Shown here: positions 18,901 through 28,430 of the stretch, one piece after another
Position numbering within the stretch: position 1 is the stretch's first letter
Layout of the letters: the number at the start of each line of letters is the position of its first letter
Assembly: GCA_019510095.1 (NCBI GenBank)
Contig: JAEKLB010000022.1
Location: 1-62,863, forward strand
Direction of reading: 5' to 3'
Source: Acidobacteriota bacterium
GTDB lineage: Bacteria; Actinomycetota; Acidimicrobiia; Acidimicrobiales; CADCSY01
DNA: 62,863 bases
Notes under the pieces: generated by a model
Database searches by the model: none
What the model was told of the DNA's origin: nothing
Seen by the model: the letters and a program-made list of their open reading frames with translations, nothing else
Program-made: the position numbers and the translations under genes

Positions 18901-19807
18901 TCCGGCCGGTCGCGCCGTCGTCCAGTCCCTCTCGGAAGGGCTCCCGGGCTGGGAGATCCGGTCGGCGGCGCTGCCCGACAGGCTCGACCTCGGCCGGGCA
19001 GTCCGGGGGGTTGACGCTGTCGTCGTGGCGGGCGGCCCGGCGTTCGGCGCGCCGCTGGCCGGCGTTGCCCGCCTCGCCCGCTCGGCGCGCCGTCACGGTC
19101 GTGCCGTGGCCCTGATGGGCGTCGGAGTACCGGCGGTCGCCTCATCAGGTCGGGCGGCTCGGCAGATCGGGCGCCTCGGCGACGGCGCTGATCTGCTCAT
19201 CGTGAGCGACGAGGTCGCCGCCGGCCTGTTGAGCCGCAGTGGCGCCACCCCACCCTTCCGCATCGGCGCCGATCCGGTGTGGACCTTGCTCGATCGCTGG
19301 GCGGGCTCGCCGAGCGAACGGGGTGGCGCGGTCACGGTGGTCGTGCCGCATCCGCCTGCCGCCCGGGCGCTCGCGGTCGCCGGCCGCCTTGCCGCCCTCG
19401 CCGTCGACTGCACGGTGTTGTCGTGGACCGCGGGCCTTGGCGTGCTCGATCTCCGGGACGCTCTCGCCGCATCCGGCGGCGTCGCCGTCGTCTGCCAGCT
19501 GCACGCGCTGATTGCCGCCGCCGCCGCCGGGGTGCCCGCGGTCGCCGTGGGCGACGAGCCGGGGCTGGAGCCCCTGGCCCGGCGACTGCGGCAGCCATGG
19601 GTGCCGTGGGACGTCGACGGCCCCGCCCTCGATGCCGCCGTCGGCGCGACCAGCGCAGCCGGTCCTCCCGCAGCGGCGGTGAAGGCGGAGGTGGCCCTGG
19701 CCGAGGAGGCGATGCGGCTCCTGCGAATCGTGCTGTCGCGCGGTGAGACCGACGAGATGGAGACGCTCGTCGGACTGCCGATGGGACCGGTGTCGCTGGC
19801 ATGGTGA
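18860..19807 (+). CDS. Polysaccharide pyruvyl transferase-like (CsaB/WcaK-like) protein, divergent
   Basis: DAVVVAGG, ALMGVGV, IVSDE, IGADPV, QLHALIAAAAAGVPAVAV. The family fit is approximate. Confidence 0.6.
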   Translation: MGRVLVTTAYRWSDPAGRAVVQSLSEGLPGWEIRSAALPDRLDLGRAVRGVDAVVVAGGPAFGAPLAGVARLARSARRHGRAVALMGVGVPAVASSGRAARQIGRLGDGADLLIVSDEVAAGLLSRSGATPPFRIGADPVWTLLDRWAGSPSERGGAVTVVVPHPPAARALAVAGRLAALAVDCTVLSWTAGLGVLDLRDALAASGGVAVVCQLHALIAAAAAGVPAVAVGDEPGLEPLARRLRQPWVPWDVDGPALDAAVGATSAAGPPAAAVKAEVALAEEAMRLLRIVLSRGETDEMETLVGLPMGPVSLAW

Positions 19808-22479
19808 GCGCTGCCGTCACGCTGCGGCCAGGCACCGCGCCGGACCGAGCTCGAACTGTCGCCGTCGAGCAACTGCTGGTGGCGGCCGGGCAGATCGGCG
19901 CCGGCGCCGGCAACCTGCTGTTCGCGATCGTCATGGCGCGGCTCCTGGCGCCGGCAGCCTTCGCCCACCTCACCGCCTTTCTCGGTCTGTTCGTGCTTGC
20001 CGGTCTCCCCTCCACGAGTCTCAGCGCGGTGGGGGCGTTGGCGCCCGCTGGGTCGGGCCGGCTCGACGCCCTCCTGGGTCGAGCGGGCCTCGCCGTTGCC
20101 GCCGCGCTCGTGGGCTTCAGCCCGTGGCTGGCCCGGGATCTCGGTTTGCCGGTGGGCGTGGTGATCGCCTTGGCGATGGCCGCCCCCGTGGTCGCACCGT
20201 TGGGCCTGCAGCGGGGCCGCCTCTTCGGCGTCGGTCGTCACGCCGATCTGCTGGCCTCGTTGCTGGCCGAGCCGGTTGGCCGGCTCACCATCGGTGTGCT
20301 CCTTGGCCTGGGCTTCGGCGCGACCGGCGCCGCCTTCGGTGTGGCGGTGGCTGCGGTGCTCGCGCTGCGCGTGTCCTACGGCCCCATGGCGCCATCGCTC
20401 CCGGGCGTCGAGGGTGTGGCCACCGCCGGCCTCGGCGGGACCGTCGCCGCATTCTTGTTGCTGGCCGTCGTCCAGACCCAGGACCTCCTGTTCGCCAACC
20501 GGCTGCTCGGCGGCGCCGAGGCCGGCCGCTTCGCAGTGCTCTCCACCCTCGGCGGCATCGCCGCGTTCGCCACGCTGACGGTGCCGCTCGTGCTGTTGCC
20601 GAGAGCGGCCAGCGGCCAGCCGCGGGCCCTGCCGATCGCGGTTGGGATCGCGGCCGCGATCGGCGGCACGGCGGTCGTCGTGGGCGCCGTGGCCCACGAT
20701 CTGCTGACCCGATCGCTGTTCGGTGCCCGCTACGGGGCGGTCGCCCCACTGCTGGCTCCGTACCTCCTGGCGATGGCCCTCCTCGGCGTCAGCCGTGTCC
20801 TGGTGGCACACCGCTGTGCGCGGGGCGAGGCGTCGTCGGCAGTCGTCGTCGTCGGACTCGTGGCCGCCGGTCAGGCGTGGCTGATCGTCCACTTCGCCCA
20901 CAGCGCGGCTGCCGTCGCCGGTTCGACGCTGTCGGCCACCGCCACGGCCACCGCCGTGCTCGGGGGCATGGAGGTTGCCGAAAGGATGCGGTGGCGGGCA
21001 CGGCTGGCCGAGCGGGTGGCGACCGCCGGCAACTCGGTCGTCGTGGGCCTCGCTGGCATCACCGCCGTCGGGCTCGCAGTACGGCTGGTCGTGCCCCGAG
21101 GTCTCTGGCTCGACGAAGCCACCAGCGTCTTCCAGGCGAAGATGGGCTTCTCGGAGATGTTGACGAACTTGCGGACGACCGACGTCCATCCGCCCCTCTA
21201 CTTCACCGTGCTGTGGGGCGCCGTACGACTGTTCGGCAGCAGCGAGATGGCAGTGCGGCTTCCTTCCATCGTGGCCGGGCTCGCCCTGTTGCCGGTCCTG
21301 TACCTCTGCGGTGAGGAGCTCTACGACCGCCGCACCGGCCTCGTGGCCGCCGCGATCGGCAGCGTGTCGCCGCTTCTCGTCTGGTACTCACAAGAAGCCC
21401 GGATGTACGCGCTGTTCATGGTCTTCGCCGTGGCCGCCGTCTGGCTGCAGGCCCGGGCCATACGCCGCGGGCGAACGCTCGACTGGATGCTCTACGCCGT
21501 GGTCACCGCCGCGCTCGTCTGGACGCAGTACTTCGCCGTGTTGCAGGTCCTGGTGCAGCAGGCTGCCTTCCTCGTGGTCATCGCCCGGCGCCAGGCACGG
21601 CGCACGCTCGACCGGCGCGTGATCTACGGATGGCTTGGCTCCGCTGCCCTCGCCGGGTTGGCGCTCGCGCCCCTCGTGCCGTTCGCTCATCACCAGTTCA
21701 GCGTCAACCAGCACGCCGGCCGAGGTTTCCTCGCCGCCTCGCAGGCCGGTGCCGCCGTGTCGGGATTGGCCCACCGCCCGTCGGTGTACACGCTCGCCGC
21801 CAACCTCGTCTGGGCGGCGTGGGGCTACCACTCTGACGCGGTGATGGCCGCCGCTGTCGCGCTGTGGCCGGGGCTGATGTTCCTCGGCCTGCTCGCCCTC
21901 GGACGCCGGCGACGACCGCCGACGACGCTGCTGGTCGCCGCCTGCCTCGTCCCGGTACTGGCGCTGTTCGCCATTGGCATGGTGAAGCGTGACCTGTTCG
22001 ACGTGCGCTACTTCTCCGGCACGGCCGCACTTGGTGTCGTGCTCCTGGCCCGGCTGATGACAGGGACAGCTCGCCACCGCATCGGCCTGGCGCTGCTGAG
22101 CGTCATCATCGTCACCGGGCTGGTGGTGGGCCTGGTCGACCAGCAGACCAACGGCTCGAACCCCCGGCGCTACTCGTTCCGGGAGGCGACGCACGCGCTC
22201 AACCGCGCCGGGCGCGACGGCGACACGGTCCTCTATGCGCCAGCCGACGTCGGCCCGGTCGTCGGCTACTACGACCGCGGTCGTTATCGCCTCCGCCCGC
22301 TCAGCGACCACGTCGCTCGCGACAGCAGCCGCGGCCGGCTCTTCGTGCTCGTCTCGCCCCGGCTGCTGGACCCGGGCGAGGCCAAGCGGATCGGCGACGT
22401 CCTGGCCCAGCTCCGGCAGCGACGGCGCGTCACCCGCGTGCTGCGATTCGACAACGTCCAGGTGTGGGAGCTCACATGA
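19801..22479 (+). CDS. Fusion of Wzx/MOP-like flippase (N-terminal ~390 aa) and GT-C glycosyltransferase (GT39/PMT/ArnT-like)
   Basis: N-half has about 12 hydrophobic helices (NLLFAIVMARLLAPAAF, QDLLFANRLL); C-half has GLWLDEA, DVHPPLYF, RLPS, YSQEARMY. Confidence 0.8.
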   Translation: MVSAAVTLRPGTAPDRARTVAVEQLLVAAGQIGAGAGNLLFAIVMARLLAPAAFAHLTAFLGLFVLAGLPSTSLSAVGALAPAGSGRLDALLGRAGLAVAAALVGFSPWLARDLGLPVGVVIALAMAAPVVAPLGLQRGRLFGVGRHADLLASLLAEPVGRLTIGVLLGLGFGATGAAFGVAVAAVLALRVSYGPMAPSLPGVEGVATAGLGGTVAAFLLLAVVQTQDLLFANRLLGGAEAGRFAVLSTLGGIAAFATLTVPLVLLPRAASGQPRALPIAVGIAAAIGGTAVVVGAVAHDLLTRSLFGARYGAVAPLLAPYLLAMALLGVSRVLVAHRCARGEASSAVVVVGLVAAGQAWLIVHFAHSAAAVAGSTLSATATATAVLGGMEVAERMRWRARLAERVATAGNSVVVGLAGITAVGLAVRLVVPRGLWLDEATSVFQAKMGFSEMLTNLRTTDVHPPLYFTVLWGAVRLFGSSEMAVRLPSIVAGLALLPVLYLCGEELYDRRTGLVAAAIGSVSPLLVWYSQEARMYALFMVFAVAAVWLQARAIRRGRTLDWMLYAVVTAALVWTQYFAVLQVLVQQAAFLVVIARRQARRTLDRRVIYGWLGSAALAGLALAPLVPFAHHQFSVNQHAGRGFLAASQAGAAVSGLAHRPSVYTLAANLVWAAWGYHSDAVMAAAVALWPGLMFLGLLALGRRRRPPTTLLVAACLVPVLALFAIGMVKRDLFDVRYFSGTAALGVVLLARLMTGTARHRIGLALLSVIIVTGLVVGLVDQQTNGSNPRRYSFREATHALNRAGRDGDTVLYAPADVGPVVGYYDRGRYRLRPLSDHVARDSSRGRLFVLVSPRLLDPGEAKRIGDVLAQLRQRRRVTRVLRFDNVQVWELT

Positions 22480-24005
22480 TCGAAGCTGATCCTCGCCTCG
22501 AGCCCCTGCGGTGGGATCCTGCCGAGTCATGGCGGGCAAGCCGGCGCAAGCTGCGCCTCCTCGCACCGCTGAACGTCGTGGCCGCCATCTGGTACTTCAC
22601 GTGGTTGCTGCGACCGGGTCGCGTCGGCAACCCCATCCTCTACGGCTTCCTCGTCGCCGCCGAGGTCTTCAACCTGGTCCAGGCGGCCGGCTTCTGGTGG
22701 ACGTGCTGGGGCGCCCGCCGGCGCCGGCCGGTGCCATCGTGGCCCGATCCTCGTGTCGCCGTCGACGTCCTGATCCCGGTGTACAACGAGCCTGTCGGCG
22801 TGGTCGAGCCGACGGTCGCGGCCGCTCGCCGGCTTGGCGGGGCCGACGTCACCGTGTGGCTGCTCGACGACGCCAACCGTGACGACCTCGCTGCCCTTGC
22901 CGCTCGTCACGGTGTCCGCTACCTGCGGCGGCCCCATCACGTCGGCGCCAAGGCGGGCAACCTCAACCACGCACTCGCCCGCACGACGGCGCCCTTCGTC
23001 GTCGTCCTCGACTGCGATCACGTCGCCGACCAGCGGTTGCTCGATGAGACGCTCGGGCATTTCGTGGAGCCCGACGTCGCGTTCGTGCAGACGCCGCAGT
23101 ACTACGCCAATGCCGACCAGGGCCGGCTGGCGTCGGCGGCCTGGAGCCAGCAGGCGCTGTTCTTCGGCGGCATCGCCCGCGGCAAGGACGCCATGGGGTC
23201 GATGTTCTGCTGCGGCACAAACGTGGTGTTCAGGCGGGAGGCGTTGGCTGCAGTGGGTGGGTTCCCGGAAGGGTCGCTCACCGAGGACTTCGAGCTCTCG
23301 TTGCGCCTGCACGAGCAGGGCTGGCGGTCGGTGTACGTGCCGGTGGTGCTGGCCCGTGGCCTGGGCCCGGAGGACGCCGCGTCGTACGTGAGTCAGCAGC
23401 AGCGCTGGGCGCTGGGTTGCCTGTCGGCGCTCCCCGCGGCAGCCCGGGCCGACCTCCCGTGGCGGCTGCGGCTGCAATACGTGCTCTCGGGCCTGTTCTT
23501 CCTCTCCGGTTGGACGTTCCTCGTGTACATGGCCCTCCCCGCCGTCCGACTGCTGCTCGGCGCGCAGCCGCTCGCCGGCGCTGGTGCCGACCAGTTCCTC
23601 GTGCACTTCGCGCCCTACTGGGGCTTGTCCCAGGCAGCGGTGGCCGTGGTTGGCGGCGGCTCCTACACCTTCGCCACCTTCACCCTGCTGATCGCGACAT
23701 CGTGGATCCACATCGTGGCCAGCGTGCTCTCGCTCCTCGGTCGCACCGGCCGGTTCGTGGTCACGCCCAAGGAGGGCACCGGCCGACCGCAACCAATGGC
23801 GGTTGCCCCCGCGCTCGGCGCCATGGCCGTCTTGGTGTTCGCGGCGATCACCGGTCTGGCACGCGACCAGTCGCCGGGCACGTTGAACAACGTGGCGTTC
23901 GCCGCCATGCACATCGCGCTCTTGGGTGCCGGAGTGTGGCCAGCGCTCGTGCCATCGCCGGCGGCGATGCCGCTCCCCGCGCTCGAGGAGGTCCGGGCCG
24001 CCTAA
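22476..24005 (+). CDS. Cellulose synthase-like processive GT2 (BcsA/CslA-like catalytic subunit), no PilZ domain
   Basis: PVYNEP, LLDD, AKAGNLN, LDCDH, QTPQ, FCCGT, TED and QQQRW, with flanking TM helices. ATGA overlap with the upstream gene. Confidence 0.9.
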   Translation: MIEADPRLEPLRWDPAESWRASRRKLRLLAPLNVVAAIWYFTWLLRPGRVGNPILYGFLVAAEVFNLVQAAGFWWTCWGARRRRPVPSWPDPRVAVDVLIPVYNEPVGVVEPTVAAARRLGGADVTVWLLDDANRDDLAALAARHGVRYLRRPHHVGAKAGNLNHALARTTAPFVVVLDCDHVADQRLLDETLGHFVEPDVAFVQTPQYYANADQGRLASAAWSQQALFFGGIARGKDAMGSMFCCGTNVVFRREALAAVGGFPEGSLTEDFELSLRLHEQGWRSVYVPVVLARGLGPEDAASYVSQQQRWALGCLSALPAAARADLPWRLRLQYVLSGLFFLSGWTFLVYMALPAVRLLLGAQPLAGAGADQFLVHFAPYWGLSQAAVAVVGGGSYTFATFTLLIATSWIHIVASVLSLLGRTGRFVVTPKEGTGRPQPMAVAPALGAMAVLVFAAITGLARDQSPGTLNNVAFAAMHIALLGAGVWPALVPSPAAMPLPALEEVRAA

Positions 24006-24018
24006 CTACCGTGGCCGA

Positions 24019-25065
24019 ATGCGACTGGTCACGGCAGCGGTGGCCGTCGTGATCGCCGCGCTGTTGGCGGCTGGTAGCGGGGGGACGCTGGGCGACAGCT
24101 TGCCGCTCGACGCCCGGGCAGTACGGGACGCCCGTACCTTCCTCGACGCCTATGAGCGGCGTGATGGCCGCGTCGTGCGAACCGACCAGGGAGGTGACAC
24201 GGTCAGCGAGGGGCAGGGATATGCGCTCCTGGCGGCCGTCGCCATCGGTGACCGGGGCCGATTCGCGTCGGCGTGGCGTTGGTCGGCCGCGCACCTCGCC
24301 CGGGCCGACGGGCTCCTGTCGTGGCACTGGAAGGACGGGCGAGTGCTCGACCCCGAATCGGCCACCGACGCTGACCTCGCGGTGGCGTGGGCGCTCACCC
24401 TCGCCGACCGTCGGTTCGGGATCCCGGCGTACGGCGCCGCTGCGGCGCGTCTGGGCGCCGCGATCGTTGCCGGCGAGAGCACGAACCGGCCCCATGGCCC
24501 GGTGCTCGTGGCCGGGCCGTGGGCCCGGGCGGCGCCACCGGTGGTGAACCCCAGCTACCTCGCCCCCCAGGCGGCTGCCGTGCTACCGGGTCCCGTCGTG
24601 GCTGCCGACCGCGTCGCCATCCTCGGGCTGGTCGCCAGCGGTCGGCTGCCGTCGGACTGGGCCAACCTCGATGCAGATGGTGGCCTGGTGCGAGCCAGCG
24701 GCGACCGAGGCCGGTTCGGCTTGGACGCCCAGCGGCTGCCGGTGTTGCTGGCCGCCTCGTGCGACGCTCGCGACGTTGCCGCGGCCGCTCGCCTGTGGCC
24801 GGCGGTCGCCCGGCTCGACGACGACGGTGCCGCCCTTGCCTACGAGGCCGACGGCACTCGGGCGTCGCCGTACACGAGCCCCCTCGGCCTGGTGGCCGCC
24901 GCCGCGACGGCCGGCGCGGCGGGCGACAAGAGCGCGGCACGGGCCCTCCTCGACGCGGCCGACCAGCTGGCGGGCACCCGGCCGACCTACTACGGCGCCG
25001 CGTGGGCCGCCCTCGGTCGCCTCCTGCTCACCACCCGACGCCTGGCGACCTGCCCGGTGCTCTGA
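24019..25065 (+). CDS. Glycoside hydrolase family 8 (BcsZ-like endoglucanase), secreted
   Basis: Signal peptide, TVSEGQGYALL (catalytic Glu), SATDADL, NPSY, DAQR. Confidence 0.88.
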   Translation: MRLVTAAVAVVIAALLAAGSGGTLGDSLPLDARAVRDARTFLDAYERRDGRVVRTDQGGDTVSEGQGYALLAAVAIGDRGRFASAWRWSAAHLARADGLLSWHWKDGRVLDPESATDADLAVAWALTLADRRFGIPAYGAAAARLGAAIVAGESTNRPHGPVLVAGPWARAAPPVVNPSYLAPQAAAVLPGPVVAADRVAILGLVASGRLPSDWANLDADGGLVRASGDRGRFGLDAQRLPVLLAASCDARDVAAAARLWPAVARLDDDGAALAYEADGTRASPYTSPLGLVAAAATAGAAGDKSAARALLDAADQLAGTRPTYYGAAWAALGRLLLTTRRLATCPVL

Positions 25066-25080
25066 CGCCCGCGGCCAGCG

Positions 25081-26670
25081 TCAGCCGCCCAGCACGATGG
25101 CGCGGGCGACGGCGTTCGCCGGCAGCGTCACCGGGGCACTGGCGGGCGGCGCCGCCGCCGCGCCGACGCTGAACGGGGCAACGGTGCCGTCCTCGGCCAG
25201 GGTGTAGCCGCCGGTGCCGCCGGTGGTCAGCACCATCGAGCGGGCGACGTCCCGGTTGAGCCAGTAGGTGCTGAGCGCCACGCCGGCAGGCAGGGGACTG
25301 GTGCCGATGGCGAAGGGGTGGACGCCGCCCCAGCCGTCGAGGACGTAGCCGCCGGCGCCGGTTGGCAGGACAGCTACCGCTCGGGCGATGTCCCACTGGT
25401 CCCAGCCAGCGGAGAGGGTGGCGCTCGGGGGCATCGGATGGGTGCCGATGGCGAACGGGTGGACGCCGCCCCAGCCGTCGAGCACGTAGCCGCCGGTGCC
25501 ATCGGGCAGCAACGCGCTCGAGCGAGCGATGTTCCAGCCGGGCCACGCGTCCGAGCTGCGTACTGCAGCCGGGCCGTGCAGGGCGCCGTAGCCGTCCAGC
25601 ACGTACGTCGCCGGTGCCTCGTCCAGCGCCGCGAAGTGGGAACGGAGGCCCACGCCGAACGACGTCGGTGCCCCGTCATAGGTACCGATCATGCCGGGGC
25701 CGCCGGCGCAGTCAGCGGTGTTCCACGACCACCCGAGGTACGACACGCCGTGGCGGTCTGCCCAAGCCATGTAGGCATCGACGAACCCGTGGGCGCAGTC
25801 GTTCTCGCCGATCTCGCCGGTCACGACCGGGACCTTGGCGGCGACAGGCGCCACGGTCTGATCCCAGCACGCCGCCGTGTTGCAGCCCGAGAAGTTGTAG
25901 AGGTGGGCCGACGCCGCGAGCTGACCGGCGGGGTCGGTCGGCGCCCAGGTGAGCCATTGGGAGAGGTCGCCGGCCCAACCGAGGCCGGCGGCGAGCACGG
26001 GCTGGGTGGCGCCGGTGGCGCGGACGGCATCGACGAGTTGCTGCATCCCTGCGGTGGGCCAGCCGGTGCTCGTCGTGCAGCCGTCGCGCCAGCACGACCA
26101 CGAGATGTCGTGGGGTTCGTTGTAGAGGTCGAACACCACGTTCGGGTCGGCGCGGAACGACCCGGCGACCGACGACCAGAACGCCGGCGAGTGGTCGGCG
26201 TCGGCCATGGGCTGTTGGCTCAGCGCTCGGGTGGTGCCGGGCGCCGACCAGTGGAGATCGAGGATGGCAATCAGCCCGTCGGCGTGGAGCTCGTCCACGT
26301 AGTGGTGCACGGCCGCCTGGTAGTTGGTGCCGCTGTAGGCCGGGCTGACGCCGTTGATGCCGAGCCAGCAGTCCTCGTTGAGTGGCACTCGTACGGCGTT
26401 CATGTGCCAGGCGGCCATGGCGTCCACCGACGTCTGGTCGGAGGGGCCGTCGAAGAGGCCCCAACCCTGGGCACAGGCGTACTCCAGCCCGGACCGGTTG
26501 GCGCCGACCAGGCGCAGTGTCGTCCCGGAACCGTCGACGAGGTGGTTGCCGACGACCCGCACGCCGGTCGGGCCGGCGGCACTGGCGTGGGCCGGCGGGG
26601 TGGGGGTGCTCAGCAGGGAGGCGACCATCGACGCGACGAAGAGAAGGGCGAAGGAGGACGTTCTGCGCAT
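25081..26670 (-). CDS. Glycoside hydrolase family 5 (cellulase-like) with C-terminal beta-propeller-like repeats
   Basis: Signal peptide, VRVPLNEDCW, LDLHW, DLYNEPH (acid/base) and VTGEIG (nucleophile); repeated GGYVLDGWGGVHPF units. Confidence 0.9.
   Translation of the reverse strand: MRRTSSFALLFVASMVASLLSTPTPPAHASAAGPTGVRVVGNHLVDGSGTTLRLVGANRSGLEYACAQGWGLFDGPSDQTSVDAMAAWHMNAVRVPLNEDCWLGINGVSPAYSGTNYQAAVHHYVDELHADGLIAILDLHWSAPGTTRALSQQPMADADHSPAFWSSVAGSFRADPNVVFDLYNEPHDISWSCWRDGCTTSTGWPTAGMQQLVDAVRATGATQPVLAAGLGWAGDLSQWLTWAPTDPAGQLAASAHLYNFSGCNTAACWDQTVAPVAAKVPVVTGEIGENDCAHGFVDAYMAWADRHGVSYLGWSWNTADCAGGPGMIGTYDGAPTSFGVGLRSHFAALDEAPATYVLDGYGALHGPAAVRSSDAWPGWNIARSSALLPDGTGGYVLDGWGGVHPFAIGTHPMPPSATLSAGWDQWDIARAVAVLPTGAGGYVLDGWGGVHPFAIGTSPLPAGVALSTYWLNRDVARSMVLTTGGTGGYTLAEDGTVAPFSVGAAAAPPASAPVTLPANAVARAIVLGG
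25301..25496 (-). repeat. Two near-identical 55-bp units, 141-nt period, inside the GH5 C-terminal domain
   Basis: 25301-25355 and 25442-25496 differ at 2 positions. Confidence 0.85.
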
Positions 26671-26718
26671 GTGTGCTGCATCGGCCGATTTCGGCCCATG
26701 CTTGAGCGGGCTGCGGTG

Positions 26719-27474
26719 CTACTGGCCGTCGCCTCGGGCCGCCTTCGGCTCCTCGGGGTCCCGATGGGGATGGGTGAGGAAGCTCGCCGCGACTGCGACC
26801 ACGGCGCCGATCGCTGGGCCGAGCACGTAGACCCAGGCATCGGTCCAGCTCGACGCCACGACGACGGGACCGAGCGAACGTGCCGGGTTCATCGATGCGC
26901 CGCTCAACGGTTCGCCGAAGAGGCCGCAGAGCACGATCGTGAACCCGACGGCGAGGGCGGCATCGGACCCGACGACGCGATGGCGGCTGGCCGTGTTGAG
27001 GATGACAGTGACGAGGATCGCCGTGAGGGTGGCCTCCAGGACCAGTCCGCGACCGGCGCTCACATGGAGCTGGTTCGCCCCTCCGTGGGCGATCGTCCCG
27101 AAGAGGGCGCGGAGCAGGCCGCCTCCGGCAATGGCGCCGACGATCTGGGCGAGCCAATAGAGCGGGACGAGCCGCCAGGCGAAGACCCCACGCAGGGCGA
27201 AGGCCAGGGTCACGGCCGGGTTGAAATGAGCGCCCGAGACATCGCCGAAGGCGTAGATCATGACCATGATCAGCAAGCCGGGGGCAAACGCCTTGGCCAC
27301 CAGGTCGACCTGTCCGGGCCGGAGGGCGGCGGCCATCTCGACGCCGCCGGCCACGATGGTGAGCATGCCCGCACCCAGTGCCTCCACGACGGCGCGCCGC
27401 CCGATGGGGGCCTCCCTCCCGGTGTCCTCGCCGACGGGACGGGCGCTGGACTCGGGGCGAGGTTGCTCCCTCAC
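26719..27474 (-). CDS. Aquaporin / MIP family channel
   Basis: Two NPA boxes (SGAHFNPAVT, ASMNPARS). Start placed at a GTG overlapping the upstream stop. Confidence 0.92.
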   Translation of the reverse strand: MREQPRPESSARPVGEDTGREAPIGRRAVVEALGAGMLTIVAGGVEMAAALRPGQVDLVAKAFAPGLLIMVMIYAFGDVSGAHFNPAVTLAFALRGVFAWRLVPLYWLAQIVGAIAGGGLLRALFGTIAHGGANQLHVSAGRGLVLEATLTAILVTVILNTASRHRVVGSDAALAVGFTIVLCGLFGEPLSGASMNPARSLGPVVVASSWTDAWVYVLGPAIGAVVAVAASFLTHPHRDPEEPKAARGDGQ

Positions 27475-28430
27475 GGGGATCGATCGAGGTGAGGCGCCAC
27501 CTGCTCGAACCAGAAGTCCAGGAACCCCAGCTGGTCGGGACCCACCTGCTGCACGTAGACCTCGTCGAAGCCGGCGTCGACGTAGCTCTGCACGGAACGG
27601 ATGTAGGGCTCGGGGTCGGGCCCGCACGGTTTCGAGCCGACGGCGTGCTCTTCGGTGACGAGCTGGCTGGCCTGCTCGAACAGCGCGGGGGTCTTCAGCT
27701 CCTGGGCCAGCTCGCCGGGAAGCCCCGATGTCGGCCAGACCCGGTGCATGAGCCGGCGCGCCTCGGCGGCGTCGGCGTGCCAGCAGACCTTGGCCAACGC
27801 CAACGTCGGTCCGGTGCCGCCGCCGGCGCGATAGCGCTTGACCAGGTCAGCATCAGGCGCGGTGTTGACATAGCCGTCGCCCACCCGGGCGGCGAGCTCA
27901 GTGGCCTTGGGCCCGAGGCCCGACACGAAGATCGGCGGCGGTGACTCCGGCAGGCTGTAGATGCGGGCATCGTCGACGGTGTAGTAGTCGCCGTCGAAGC
28001 TCGAGGTCTCGCCCTGCCAGAGCAGGCGGATGATCTCGATGGCCTCCTCCAACATGGCGAGCCGCTCGTCGACGGATGGCCAGCGGTCGCCGAGGACGTG
28101 CTCGTTCAGGTTCTCGCCCGAACCGACGCCCAGGAAGAACCCACCACCACACATCGACGCGGTCGTGGCGGCGGCATGGGCGATGATCGCCGGGTGGATC
28201 CGCATGATCGGGCAGGTGACGCCCGTCCCGATCCGCAGGCCAGTGGTGGCCGCGATCCCGCCCAGCACTGACCACACGAACGGGCTGTTCCCCTGCTCGT
28301 CGACCCAGGGGTGAAAGTGGTCGGAGATCACGAGATCGCCGAAGCCCGCGTCCTCGGCAGCGACGGCGAAGCGCACCAGATCGGGCGCGCCGTGCTCCTC
28401 GCCCGACAAGCAGAAGCCGATGAGCGTCAT
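27471..28430 (-). CDS. F420-dependent LLM-class oxidoreductase (TIGR03557-like)
   Basis: ISDHFHPW, GTGVTCP, LGVGSGENLNEH, LEEAIEIIRLLW. Confidence 0.9.
   Translation of the reverse strand: MTLIGFCLSGEEHGAPDLVRFAVAAEDAGFGDLVISDHFHPWVDEQGNSPFVWSVLGGIAATTGLRIGTGVTCPIMRIHPAIIAHAAATTASMCGGGFFLGVGSGENLNEHVLGDRWPSVDERLAMLEEAIEIIRLLWQGETSSFDGDYYTVDDARIYSLPESPPPIFVSGLGPKATELAARVGDGYVNTAPDADLVKRYRAGGGTGPTLALAKVCWHADAAEARRLMHRVWPTSGLPGELAQELKTPALFEQASQLVTEEHAVGSKPCGPDPEPYIRSVQSYVDAGFDEVYVQQVGPDQLGFLDFWFEQVAPHLDRSP

Noticed and set aside
25301-25496. Direct repeats considered as a possible CRISPR array
   Set aside because: Only two copies, 55 bp long with an 86-bp gap, in frame within a coding region; no cas genes in the window.
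25318-27492. 724-aa plus-strand ORF spanning GH5 and aquaporin
   Set aside because: Entirely antisense to two motif-supported genes; low-complexity translation.
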